From Guillardia theta CCMP2712 (taxonomy: Eukaryota; Protista; Cryptophyta): a stretch of DNA of 64,000 bases. Under the pieces are notes generated by a model. That model saw only the letters and a list, made by a program, of their open reading frames with translations. It was not told where the DNA came from and made no database searches. Location of the stretch: positions 763,023-827,022 of the forward strand of contig NW_005434673.1 of NCBI RefSeq assembly GCF_000315625.1. Direction: 5' to 3'. Position numbers and translations under genes: made by a program. Positions 37,601 through 49,666 of the stretch are shown here, in pieces. How positions within the stretch are numbered: position 1 is the stretch's first letter; each line of letters opens with the position of its first letter.

Positions 37601-40600
37601 GCGAGGACTGGTTCTCGCGACTGAGAAAGGCGATGAGCCGAGCGAGCAGCATCGCGTCTTCTCCTCACCACGTCCTCGAGCAGTCGCTGAAGCGCCTGCC
37701 GGAGGCGTCCAAGGCCTTTGCGAAGCTTTCGAGTCAGGCCAACCCTGCCAGCCGGGAGGAAGTGAAGAAGATGAGGAGCGAGATCGACGCGCTCACCATG
37801 ACCGTCTGCTCAGCTCTGAGTAACGTGGGCGATGCTGACGGCCTTGAGGGGTTCGCTGCCTGGATCAAGTTCTCCTCGTTGAAGGGAGCCAACTTGTCGC
37901 GAGACACGTACGGCTGGGTCCATGCTCTGTCCCTGCAGACAAGAGGTCACTACGAAGAAGCGCAGGAGATGTACAGCGAGTGTCTCTCCTCCTCCTCCTC
38001 GAACCCTGAAACCATCTCGTTCATCTTCCGCAACGCCATGGCATGCTGCCTAGAAGTCGGGGATGTGAAGGCCTGGCGATCCTGGCAGGCACGTTTCCGC
38101 GAGATGTTCAACTCATGCTCAAGTCACACAGACGGTCTCTACCCTCAGCTCTCTGCCATACAAGGAAGCTTCGAGTCGCAGGCGACGGAAGCTCAGCTCG
38201 AGCTGGACGTTGGCAACGTGTCACAGGCGCGAACACGGCTCATGCTCGTCCCCGACGCAAACGGCCAGTGCAGCAGAAGCCTGCAGGACAGTGTGTACGC
38301 GTCCAAGCTCCTCCTCCTGCGCAGCATTGTGTGCGCTCGAAACCAGCAGGCGGCTGCCTCCCTCAAGCTCCTCGCGCAGGCCAACGACATCCTGGTGGAG
38401 CCCCTCAACATCCTCAGGATCGATGGAGGATGCGAGTTCTCTCAGGCAGAGGAGCCTCTCGTCCTGCTCTCCATCATTGCACACGTGCGAAGGATGGTAG
38501 AGAGCCCGAACTCTCCAGGCAGCCGGGACGCCTCCTCCTCCTCCTCCTCCTCCGCTGACGTGGTACTTCCTGACAAGTTCCTCGAGGTTTCCGATGCACA
38601 CTTGTTCTCTTCTGCAGCCTTCAAGTGCGACCCGTCCTTACATTCTCTTCCTCTCTGGCATCGGCTGCTCAGCGTCCTTGAAGTGATGCAGCCGCAGCAG
38701 TCTCCCTCCTCCTTCACCCCCTCCCTCCGCCTCAAAGTCGCCAAGATTGCTCGCAAGCAGCGGAACCTCACTTACGCCGAGAATCTCCTCAGCCGGTGCG
38801 ACAGTTCTCAGCTCAGTGATCTTCACAGGATGCAGACTCGCTATGAATACGCGAGCTTGTCGCTTGCTCGCCGCAACGCGTCGGAGGGGCTGGAGAGGTT
38901 GTGGTCCCTGTGGTTCGACTTGCAGAAGCTCCCGCTGCTCTCCGCGAGCTCAGGAGGAGGGGAAGACGCCCTCAGCTGTGTGGACCTGAGCGTGAAGACG
39001 CTGAGGAAAGTCGCGATGATGATTCTTGACAAGTCGTTTGACAGCGAGCAGCTGGACGTTAACCGCCTGTTCCGTCAGATCTTCGACTTCGGCATGAGCG
39101 ACGAGATGCAGAGCTGGGCTAGCGAGCTGAGCTTCGGGTCTTGGGAGCAGAACTCTCCCCACAAGGACTTTCTCGGAGGCTACCTGCTCTTCAAGTGCAC
39201 CGCCATGCACAGGAAGCACGCCAAGAGCTGGGCAGACTATGGCTCCTGGTGCTACCGCCAGGGGCGACACTACATAGAGGCCATCTCTAAGGGCTCGGGC
39301 GCCGATCGCCTTGTGGTGCGAGAGAGGATACAGGAGCAGATCTTGTCGATCCTGATGGCGGACGACGAGGGCGGGGGGAGGGCAGCATGAGCGAGTCGAT
39401 CCTCCGAGAGATCTCCTCGAGCATCTGCGATGCCTGGCTCATGTCAGGAGGAGAGGAAGAGAAGCTCGAGCCGGACCCCAACGTCCACGGGCATGAGATT
39501 CGGATGCTCTGTGAGCAGCTCTGCCCCTGGGCGTCAGAGGAGTGCATATGGAAGCTTGAGGATGTTTGGAGGCAGTACAGGAGGAGGATCCTCTGCCTCT
39601 ACCGCTCCTCTGTCTCCTCCTACTTCGAGTACCTGCGGCTGAGCGAGGACGACCTCTCGCCGTCCTCCTTCACGTCCGAGGTCGACATCGCCGAGGTCTC
39701 TTGGAAGGAGTCGTACGACATCACCGCTACCCTGCGGCTGCTCCGCCTGCTCGTCAAGTACGGCTCCGAGATGTGCGATATCTTCTTCGAAGGCGTCCAG
39801 CACACGCCCACCAGGCCATGGAGGAAGATCATCCCCCAGCTGTTCGCCCGGCTGGGGCACGCGGAGCCGTCGGTGAGGCAGAACGTGAGGCTGCTGATCA
39901 CCAAGATAGGAAAGGAGCTCCCGCACGCCATCATCTATCCCACCGTCGTCGGGCACGTGGAGAACCCTTCGAGCAGGCAGCTCTCCTCTATCCTTGAGGC
40001 CCTTCGGGAGTCTCGACCAGAGCTCGTCAGGGGTGTGCAGGGCCTCATCGGGGAGCTGTCGCGCTGCTCGATTCTCAAGGAGGACTTGTTCTTCAGCTCG
40101 CTGCAGGAGCTGAACCCCAAGGTCTCGAGCGGGCTGAGGCTGATGCGCGAGGAGACGAGTCGCATCCGCGACAACTCCACGCTGAGCGACGGGGACAGGA
40201 GGAGAATCTTGAGGGAGAAGTACGACGCCATAACGAAGCCGGTCAGGATGGCCCTAGAGCCGCTCAAGAAGGTCTTTGCAGGCGAGCAGTCGTCTGATCA
40301 CGACAAGAACTTCGTGTCCTCATTTTCATCCTCCTTCACCGACGCGCTCGCCAGCTTCCGCAACCCTGCCGACATCTTCGAGGCAGAGGCGGCATGGGAG
40401 CCGATGCGTGCTCTGATGCGCTCTCTCACTGTGCAGCTCCGAAGGACGAAGCTGTCCCTCAACTCCATCTCCCCTTACCTCGGACAACTTCGAGCGACGG
40501 ACATCCCCATGCCGGGGATCGACGCGGAGGACGAGGAGGAGGACAGCAAGAGGGTGACGATCGCCTCCTTCGACGACCAGGTCGACATCCTGCTGACCAA

Positions 40601-43600
40601 GACGAAGCCGAAGAAGATCGCGATCATCGGGTCTGACGGCATCTCGAGGAGGTACCTGCTCAAGGGACGGGAGGACCTGCACCTCGACGAGCGGATGATG
40701 CAGTTCCTCAGCATCGTCAATCATTTCATGCGACAGGATCGCGCGTCCCATGCTCGTTGCCTCCGAGCGCGGCACTACGCCGTCATCCCCGTCGGGCCCC
40801 GGTCGGGCCTCATCCAGTGGGCGGACGGGACCATCCCGCTCTTCGGCATCTACAAGGCCTGGCAGACGCGGCAGATGGCGCAGGCGGGGGAGAAGAGCGG
40901 GAGCTCAGCAAGACCGAGCGACATGTTCTACGACAAGATCATCCCAGCGCTCAAGGAGCAGGGGATCACGCGGGTAACGTCAAGGAAGGAATGGCCGCAC
41001 GAGGTGCTGAAGCAAGTCTTCTCCCTCCTCGTCTCCGAGACCCCCCGCGACCTCATCTCCCGGGAGATCTGGTGCTCTTGCCTGTCGCCCTCAGAGCTCT
41101 GGAGCAAGACGAACATGCACGCGAGGAGCATGGCGGTGATGAGCATGGTGGGCTACGTGATCGGCCTGGGAGATCGACACCTCGACAACATCCTGATGGA
41201 CTTCGAGTCAGGGGAGGTAGTGCACATCGATTGGAATGTCTGCTTCGAGAAAGGATCCAAACTGAAGGTGATGTTGTGTGAGAGACAACAAATGTTGTTG
41301 CGATGTTGTCTTCAGTTGCTGTCTTCAACTTCCTGTTTTTGACCTTTAGTACTCCACTCCCTCTTCCTTTTCCTGACCTTCCGTCCATCTGTGTGTGTTC
41401 TTCGTCACTATGGCTCAAAGTTCCTCCAAGTCAAATCTCTCCTCAGCCTCTGTACTCTCCCTCGCACTTCTCCTGATCCTCTCCTTCTCCTCAGGTTCCC
41501 GAGCTCGTCCCCTTCCGCATGACGCACACACTTCAGTCGGGGATGGGCTTCACCGGCGTCGAGGGCCCGTTCCGAGTGGCCTGCGAGAAAGCTCTGAGGG
41601 TGCTGAGGAGGAACAAAGAGGCGCTGCTGACCCTCCTAGAGGCCTTCGTGTACGATCCTCTGGTGGACTGGACTGCGCAGAAGCACGGAGAGGAGGCGTC
41701 GAAGGGCGTCGAGCTCCACGTGTCTCTCTCCCTGTTCGCCTCCAGAGTGGAGGAGATGAGAGTTCCTCTGGCGGAGAACCTTAAGGTCGGGCATGGCGCG
41801 CTGGGAGCGCTGCAGCAGGCCATGGGGGAGATCGTCCGCATCAGGACGTCGGAGTCAGCCGTGTCAGTAGAGGTGGAGGAGATGGAGAACAAGCTGCGAG
41901 CGAGCTCGGAGGAGCTGCGGAGGGTGGAGGCGGATCTGCGGGAGGCGCAGGAGAAGGTGAACGCCTGCAGTGAAGTTCAACCCAAGGTGGAGGCTCAGTG
42001 GGAGAGGACGAAGCAGAAGGTGCAGGAGAGCATGAATCACTGCGCAGAAGAGTTTGCGAAGCAGGAGAGCTGCATCAGCACGTTGAGGACGAGCCAGTTC
42101 GATGCGATCGAAACCTCCGTCGTCACCCTGGCAGAGGCGATCGACGTCACGTTCCAGGAGTACTCCTCCCTCTTCGTCATGGAGCAGCAAGGCTCTCAGC
42201 TGGGAGGGGGAGAGCAGGCGCTCTGGCGCTCTCTGGAGACCTCGCAGGAGCAGGCGAGGGCTGCGATGCGCAAGCTCGCTGAGAGCTGCGGGAACCTCCT
42301 GATGCCGCTGAAGAGCTACAAGCAGAGGATCGCGCACCTGCCGGCCGAGTACGCCAAGTTCAGCCGGCTGTTCGAGTGGTGGGATGGGCTAGCGAAGGCT
42401 CTGGAGGATCCGAGCCCAGGGACCATCTCGATGCTCCTCGCTCGCTTCTCAGATAGCGAGGAGCGGATGGAGCAGCAGCGGTCGGAGTGCCTGCAGATCA
42501 AGGCGCAGATGGAGAAGGACCTGTCTCATGCCCACAGGAGCTACAGCGAAGTCAAGAGCTCCCTCGCCCTTGCAGAGGACCTGAGCATGCTCGAGCACCT
42601 TATCACCTCCGCTCGGAACGCCCTCTGGAGGAGCGCGGACTTTGCCTCCCTCTCCCTCTCCGCCTGCTCCGTCTATGTGAGTCGACAAGAGGGTCGTGTG
42701 CTTGTGCTGACCTTCCCTTGCAGCTCTGCAGCACCCTCGGGCAGCTCCTGACCCTCGCTCCTCTCCGCTCTGATCGCCTCCTCCAGCGCGAAGAGGAGTT
42801 CGTGATCCTCTCCGAGCAGTGGGTCTACGGCAGCAACAGGATGGGAGATCTCTTCCAATTGTGGCAGAAGCAAACAAGCGTCTTGAACGAAGGAGGAGGA
42901 GCTGGAGGAGGAGGAGATCTGCTGGACAGGACGATCTTCTGCTCGCAGCGATGCCTCCTCGTCCTCCACGAGATGCTCAGCATAACCAACGCTGCCACGT
43001 CAGCCAGCAAAGGGAAGAAAGGAGCGCCTGTGAGCGGCACGGGAGGAGGGGATCAGCTCGGCCTCAGCTCGGGGATAGCTGGGTTCGAGGCGTGCGAGAG
43101 AATAAGCATGAGGATGAAGGACTTTGTTAACGAGCTCAACATGTCAGTGCTGCCCGACAGCATCGGAGTCCTCCTGTCGGATCCCGAAAGCCTCGCCCTC
43201 ATCCACTCCCTACACTCACTCGCCAGCCAGGTGCCCTTGCTCTCCTCCTCCTCCTCCTCCTCCTCCTCCTCCTCCTCCTCCTCCTCCTCCTCCTCCTCCT
43301 CTGGTTTCAGTGAGTGACATTGTACAGGCGCGAACTCTCGGACAAGCGCTCGACAGTGTGGAGTGCGGAGAGCAGTGGGGGGACAGCAACCCTCCTTCTG
43401 CAGAGACTGTGGCTGCTCGCAAACAAGAGGTGAGGAGAGGAGGGAGAGGAGCAACATTGATTGCTGTCCCAGATCGTCTCGAGGTTGAAGCGGCTCCAAG
43501 TTGACTATGAAAGGATCAGCAAATTTCATCCTGCCGATCACCAACCCCCAGCAGCAGCCCCGGCTACCAGCAGACCTCTCTTTGCGGGCTTCGACCGTAT

Positions 43601-45352
43601 TTTTGACAGCCTTGTAGAGTTGTTCGAGCAGAGATCTCTGCCACCCAACGACCTCGAGCTCGAGGCGAACGTGCTGGGAACTTTCTTCGTGGGCAAGCTC
43701 GAGATGATGCACGCGGCGTTGTCTCTCTTCATCCGATGCCCCTCCCCTCCTGTCGCCTTCTCCCTCGTCCCCTCCCTCCGTGCTCGCATCGATATTCTCG
43801 CGCACGACTTGATAAGGAAGGGTTTCGCGCCGCTGCTGGTGAGGGCTGGCCGGCTGGCGTTGGAGAGGAGCGTACCACCTGCTGTGCTGGCGGGACAGAC
43901 GATGGACGAGGGCGATGGGCGAAGAGGAGGAGGAAAGGCAGGAGTCTGGGCCATCAAGAGCGACAGGTCGAGCACACAGCATCTTCCCCCTCCTCGCCTT
44001 GGACAAGCTCTCGCTAAGTACGCGGAGGACCGCCGAGGGGACGCGAGGCTGAGGGACCTGGAACAGCGGGTGAGGGACTACTGCGACGTGGCAATGAAGC
44101 TGAAGAGGAGTCATCAAGTGCACAAGGAGCAGCAGAAGTTCCTGCAGCACTGCGAGGCGAAGATGAAGATGCTGGAGGCAAACCTCTTCCATCTCAACTG
44201 GGTGCACGAGGATGTCTTGTACCCCGTCGACGTGAACCATCAGGCGGGGGATGGAGGGGGAAGGGGCTCTGGGGCAGTCAGGCGAACTCTCGTAAACTCC
44301 CTCCTCAAGAATCTGGAAACTTGTCAGGTCGCGCCTCCTCTTGACTCCCCAACATCCTCCTCTGACTCCGCCCTCGTCCCTTTCGTCATACTGCTCCTCT
44401 CTCCCAAGTTCTCATTCCTCTTCTCGTCTTCCTGTGCTTACTCATCCTCCTCCTCTCACACCTTCCCGCTTTCTGATCGTCTTCCCCACCTCTCGTGAGC
44501 GCCTTTCGGCTCTGATTGTCTTCCAGGTCGCCTTTACCATCTTCGCACAGAAGCAGACAGAGCTGAAGAGGCTGGAAGACGAGATCGTGAGCAGGGGGAG
44601 AAGATCTGAGACTAAAGAGCGCAACAAGAAACGAGGGAAGGGAGAGCGAGATAAATTGACGGCGATGATAGAGGGGAGGTTCAAGGAGAGGCGGTCCCAC
44701 TTCGACGCGATCAAGTCAAAGATTGAAAGCTTCATCTCCCTTGCCCAGGTCCTCCAGTTGTCTCGATCCTCCTAGACCCTTCACTTCCATGTCAATGATA
44801 TCATGCTGCTCTTCTACTTTCCTTCTCTCCCTCTCTTTCCTCTCCTGCGTTCTCTCCCCCTCCCTTTCCTCCTCTCTCTCTCCCTCACGCTTCCCGATTG
44901 CCCTTCCTCATCTTCCTCGCTCTGCTTCGAATCGCTGACCCTCCTCCCCACGCCAGGGTGTCAGCAACTTGGAGCGGAGCAGACAGCATGGCGAGCTGGC
45001 GATCAGGGTGGACGCAGCAAATCTCAACGTCCTGCACGCGATGGAGAGGGCGAGGTAGAAGCCGCCGCTATGCTGGAAGCCAGTGACCCTCCTGGCAGGG
45101 AGACGGCGCTTGCCCACCACCATGAAAGGTCCATGGCAGAAGCCGTGCTGCAACATGTGAGAGGAGGAGGTACCGCCTGCCTGCTGGGCTCCCTGACGTC
45201 AACCCAGGCTACGAGGGAGCGACTGGCGCTGAACGCGCTCATCCAACGGCTGCAATGCGCTATCAACGACAGCCGCAACGCGAACTGCTCCTTCGGTGCG
45301 AAAGCGATCGAGTTTCTTCGCTCGCTGCCGGACAAGGTGAGTAAGGAGAAGT

Positions 45353-45383
<31 letters not shown>

Positions 45384-45395
45384 GCAGAAGCAGCA

Positions 45396-45426
<31 letters not shown>

Positions 45427-46593
45427 AAGCAGAAGCAGAAGCAGAAGCAGGGGATAGGGGAGGGATCAGCATTGACAGCACCATGCAGATCTCTCCTGTC
45501 AAGGATCTTCTGGTGTCCGAGGAGCAGCTGGTGGGGGAGATCGCAGCGCTGCTGGACACAGTGGTCAAGATCACCGTCTCGGCCGAGTCGCTGCACGAGA
45601 TTCACAGCATCGCACTGCAGCTGCAGACGGAGCAGCAGGTGCTGAAGCAGGGAGGAGCTGACCTTGCGTCCCTCCTCCAGCTAGTCTCCTCCTCCATCAC
45701 GGAGCCGCGACTTAACGCGCACCTGAGGAAAGGAGACGGCAAGCTGGCAGGCCACGAGCGCGACGACGTGCTGATCGACACCAACGTGGCGAGGGGCATA
45801 CAGCGACTGACATCGGAGGTCTGCAGGCGAGGAGACGAGGGTGCGGGGAGAGTGATGGGTCATGCGCAGGTCATGACAAAGATGGCGATGTACCGCTCGC
45901 TGCTCCAAGCTCTTGCTCAAGTGAGTCAGAGGAGCGACTCGTCTCATCCCTCTTTCAATATTTCCTTTCTGCTCCTGATCTCGTACTCTCTCCTTATCTC
46001 TAATCCCTCGTCCCCTCTTCCATTGCTAGTCTTCTTCTCTTGTTCTCTCCTCCCTTGTTCTTGTCCTGTCCTCTCTCCTCCACTCGTCCTGTTCTCCTCT
46101 TCCGACCTCGTCTCACGCTTATGTTAGTTGGCTCTCGAGCGAGTGCAGTCGGATCAGCACGAAGACGAGTCGCACGATCAGGTCAGACTCCGTTAGCCTC
46201 TGCTTCCTTTGAGACTCTCCCAGTCCGCGTACGTGCCTGCGTCTCCCGACAAGGAGAGAGGGAGGAGGGAGATGGAAGAGGAGGGAGAGGGAGAGGAGCA
46301 GCAGATGCAAGAGCAGGTGAGGAGGAGAGGAGAGAGAAGCGTCAAAGGCTCTGACGATGAGGCAGCGCAACGCGCATGCTGTCTCGGTGCTCAAGAGGGT
46401 GAGGCAGAAACTGGACGGACGAGACAAGCAGAACGACGGCAACACCAAGTTGACGGTGCAGGAGCAGGCGAGTGATGTGCGACGATGTGTGAAGGTTGTG
46501 AAGGTGAAATGGCAGGTTGAAATGACCATCAAAGAAGCAACAAACATTGACAAGCTCTGCGAGATGTACGAGGGATGGACTCCATGGGTGTGA
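34664..46593 (+). CDS. SMG1: Serine/threonine PIKK kinase SMG1 (nonsense-mediated decay)
   Basis: FKDIIDLLVGW in the HEAT region; IIPQLFARLGH; TKTKPKK..YLLKGREDLHLDERMMQFL; HYAVIPVGPRSGLIQW; GLGDRHLDNIL..HIDWNVCFEKG; LEAFVYDPLVDW; a long post-kinase insertion; FATC end LCEMYEGWTPWV*. One apparent frameshift near 39375. Confidence 0.95.
43243..43301 (+). repeat. (TCC)n microsatellite filling an SMG1 intron
   Basis: Perfect trinucleotide run between the GT donor at 43231 and the AG acceptor near 43327. Confidence 0.9.
45353..45450 (+). repeat. (CAG/CAGAAG)n microsatellite in an SMG1 intron
   Basis: Repeat lies between a GTGAG donor and a CAG acceptor. Confidence 0.9.
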
Positions 46594-46881
46594 AGGAGCT
46601 CAGGAGAAAATGATTTGTTGATATGTCGAGATCAAATAATTTCGAGTCAGACAAGGAGCATGAGAGAGATCAAGGGAGATTGCAGAGAGAAAGAGATCAA
46701 ATGAGTCAAGAACAAGAAGAACAAGAACCAGAATAAGAGAAGAGCGAGGTCAAAGAAAGTGAACGGAAAGTCAAGAATCCGCGGCATGACTGGGCAAGTC
46801 ACGTGCTGATCCCGTTAAGGGCTGCCATTACAGACAAGCAGGAAGTAAGTCGAAGGCAGAAGCTGCGTCCTCCTCCGACAT

Positions 46882-49037
46882 TCAGAAAGCGACGGCGAAG
46901 GAGAAGGAAATGAAATTCCACGTAAGGAACGTGAAGAGAAGAAACAGCACGGACGCCGCGCTTCGCTTGCACCACTGAAGTATCACAGCGAACAAGCGAA
47001 GGCTCTTTTCCTTCCCCGTCTCCTCGCTCCCCTTCACCATCTCCTCTCTCAGGATCGCGGCCGACCAGCACGCGGCAAGCATGCCATACAGGACATAGAG
47101 AAGAAGCTGTGGAGGCAGCCAGCAGACGCTGAGCAAGAGCTCAGAACGAGAGCCGAATGGGAGAGGACGAACAGACCTGTACTCGAAGACAGAACCAGCT
47201 TCTCCTCCCCCGTCCTCGCTGTGCTCGCCCCCGTTAGACCGCAAGCAGGTTTCCACATGCCGAGCTGCCTCTTCCTGCTCTTCTCAGTCAGGTCCAGCAA
47301 CATCGCCGCGTCGCACCTGGTCGACGCGGATGAGCGCGAAGGAAGGAAAGTAGTTCCCCTGGAGCAAGGACACGGTACCCAGCGTATGCTCAGGCGTGCC
47401 AGTTGAAGGCGATGCAGACTTGTGGGGTCGAGCAGAGCAAGTGGGTTCATCGCTACTCCTGACCAAGAAGGCGAGGAGAGCGTTTCTCATCGCCTCAAGC
47501 ATCTCACTGTGCTCGCCCTCCTCCTCAGCTGCCAGGGAAGCTTCGACTCGCCTCAGCTCCTGGCGGACGAAATCTCCGCCAAGCTCCAAGACTCGCTGCA
47601 TGACCTCCAAGTAGAGGACTTGAGGGAACTTGTGGGGGATTTGAGACAGGATCTGATGGGCTTGTGCCAAGATCCCCTCCTTCCTCTCAGACTCCAAGAA
47701 AGTAGCGGCGAGGCTTCGAAGCTCAGAGGCCGAGCATGTCGGAGGGACATCAGAGGCCTCCCGCACATGAGCGACCGTACAGTGATCATGATCATCGCCG
47801 CTCAGGACCAGGGACGGTCGCACGCTGTCGAGGATCATGCTAGTAACTTGCGGATGCAGCATGGTCTGGTACCTGCTGACATCTCAGATTGCAAGAACCA
47901 ATTAAAGCAAGACAAAGCACTCTAACGTTGATCTTATCAGGAAGTTCATGAAAGGCTTGCGGGGATTTCTCATCCTCCCACAGTCAGAGCTCGTCGCCCT
48001 CCATAGGGGAATGTGTGTCATCAATATACGAGGGCTGCAGAGCCGATGAATGTCCGTCCTCTTCCCTGCTCGACAAGCCTTCCCCTGCAGACGACCCCCG
48101 ACAGCGCTCTCCGCTTGTCTCGCCTCCCCCTCCTCCTCACATTCAACATATCCTTGTTGAGCATTGCGAGCCTCGCTGTCCTTGTATCTCAAGCTCGCGA
48201 CAAACTTGCTGGTCTTGTCTACACAAGAGATCAGGAGCGATGGAAGTCAAGAACATGCGGACCTCGGCGATCCATCAGAGTCCTGTAGATGAACGGGTCC
48301 ACATAGCCCCCCAGCGATGGCGCGTCGATGGTTACAACCTGCGGTCCCTCGCCTTTAAAGTCGCTCGGGGCAGCGAAGAAGCACAACCGTGAAGTTGTCG
48401 AAGAGGAAGGCTGAGTTGAGCGGAAATCTTGATATTCGTCGCTCGAATCTCTCGGCACACGCTGCGCAGAAGCTGTGGCCGATGCCTTGAAGAAATCAGC
48501 CGCTTCACAACATGGAGTACAACGAGAACCGATGTCATGATTCCCCACCGCATGCAGGACTGACGATCCCTTGGGAGGATACAAGATCCTCTCCAGCCTC
48601 TTCAGCCCGGACTCGAAGTCTTCCTCATTGGATCTTGCGGCAAACAAGGTCAGCACCTTGTCACTTGGCACCCAAAATGTACCTATACCCCCCATCCACC
48701 AAATCGCCCAAGAACAGAATGGTTTGTGGCGACAGGCGCCTGACCATGAACCCAACTCTAGCAGCAACTCAGTCAGTCGTCGAGCCATACTCCAGATTAA
48801 GGACCTTGCGATGTATGCATCGCAGATGAACTCCAGCATGGGCAAGACTAGAGGCAGGGAAGCGAAGGAGTAGGATGTCTTGTCGGTAAGTTGGGGGTCG
48901 GCGATCGCTACAATCGTCGAGAACTTGCTGCTCATTCTCGTCCATGAGCAAGTCAGACCACTGACAAGCCAGACCATCGCGTCCAGCCCTATCAGTATCC
49001 CTCCCATCGCCACCGACCATGTCCACCTCCCCGACAT
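46882..49037 (-). CDS. Cdc1/MPPE1-like calcineurin-type metallophosphoesterase (GPI remodelling) with an inserted ERp29C-like domain
   Basis: Motifs IADPQL, LGDLVDGG, VGNHDIG, ILMTHIPLWR, VLSGDDHDHC, EHTLGTVS and CWLPPQLLLY; N- and C-terminal transmembrane helices. Confidence 0.85.
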
Positions 49038-49562
49038 GGCGAGTCCTGAGGCGCCGAGGCCTTTTTACCCCATAAACCACAGTGACTCCGGGCCTCGGAG
49101 GCCGGGAGCCGGGTCCGACCCGGTGGCGCGGCGTCTCAGTACGACGGTCGGCACTGAGGCCTGAGACGTGCCGAAAAACGGCGGGCCCCCGGGTGCCGGG
49201 CTTGATTTTTTAAGTCTTCCGAAGTTTACAGCCAGGCCGCTGTTCCCTAACGGATGACGGGCTTAAAAGATCGAATACAATGACCAAGGAATAGATGAGC
49301 GGCCTCGACCGGATGTAGCCGTCATCGGCGTAAATCGGAGAAGACCTCTTTTGAGTTCAACCTGCTCCGCCTGGGCGTATATGACCCCCCGGCGTCTCCT
49401 CCCATCTACCCCCTTCTGGTATATCAAATGACCCCACCCCACCCGAATCATAGCTGTGCGTCGCCAAAACCGTTAGCTCCAGCTCGGGGGCTCTAGTGCT
49501 TCTTTTGTCCCCCACCCTATAAGCGCTTTGTCTCCTCTCCTCATCTCACCTCACCGCACTCA

Positions 49563-49645
49563 CCTGTCCTGTCCTGTCCTGTCCTGTCCTGTCCTGTCCT
49601 GTCCTGTCCTGTCCTGTCCTGTCCTGTCCTGTCCTGTCCTGTCCT
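49563..49645 (+). repeat. (CCTGT)n microsatellite immediately 5' of ATG 49667
   Basis: About 16 perfect pentamer copies. Confidence 0.95.
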
Positions 49646-49666
49646 CGCCTACCACGTCAATCCACC

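Noticed and set aside
35015-45947. Numerous antisense and off-frame ORFs within SMG1
   Set aside because: Shadow ORFs of GC3-rich coding sequence with no recognisable motifs.
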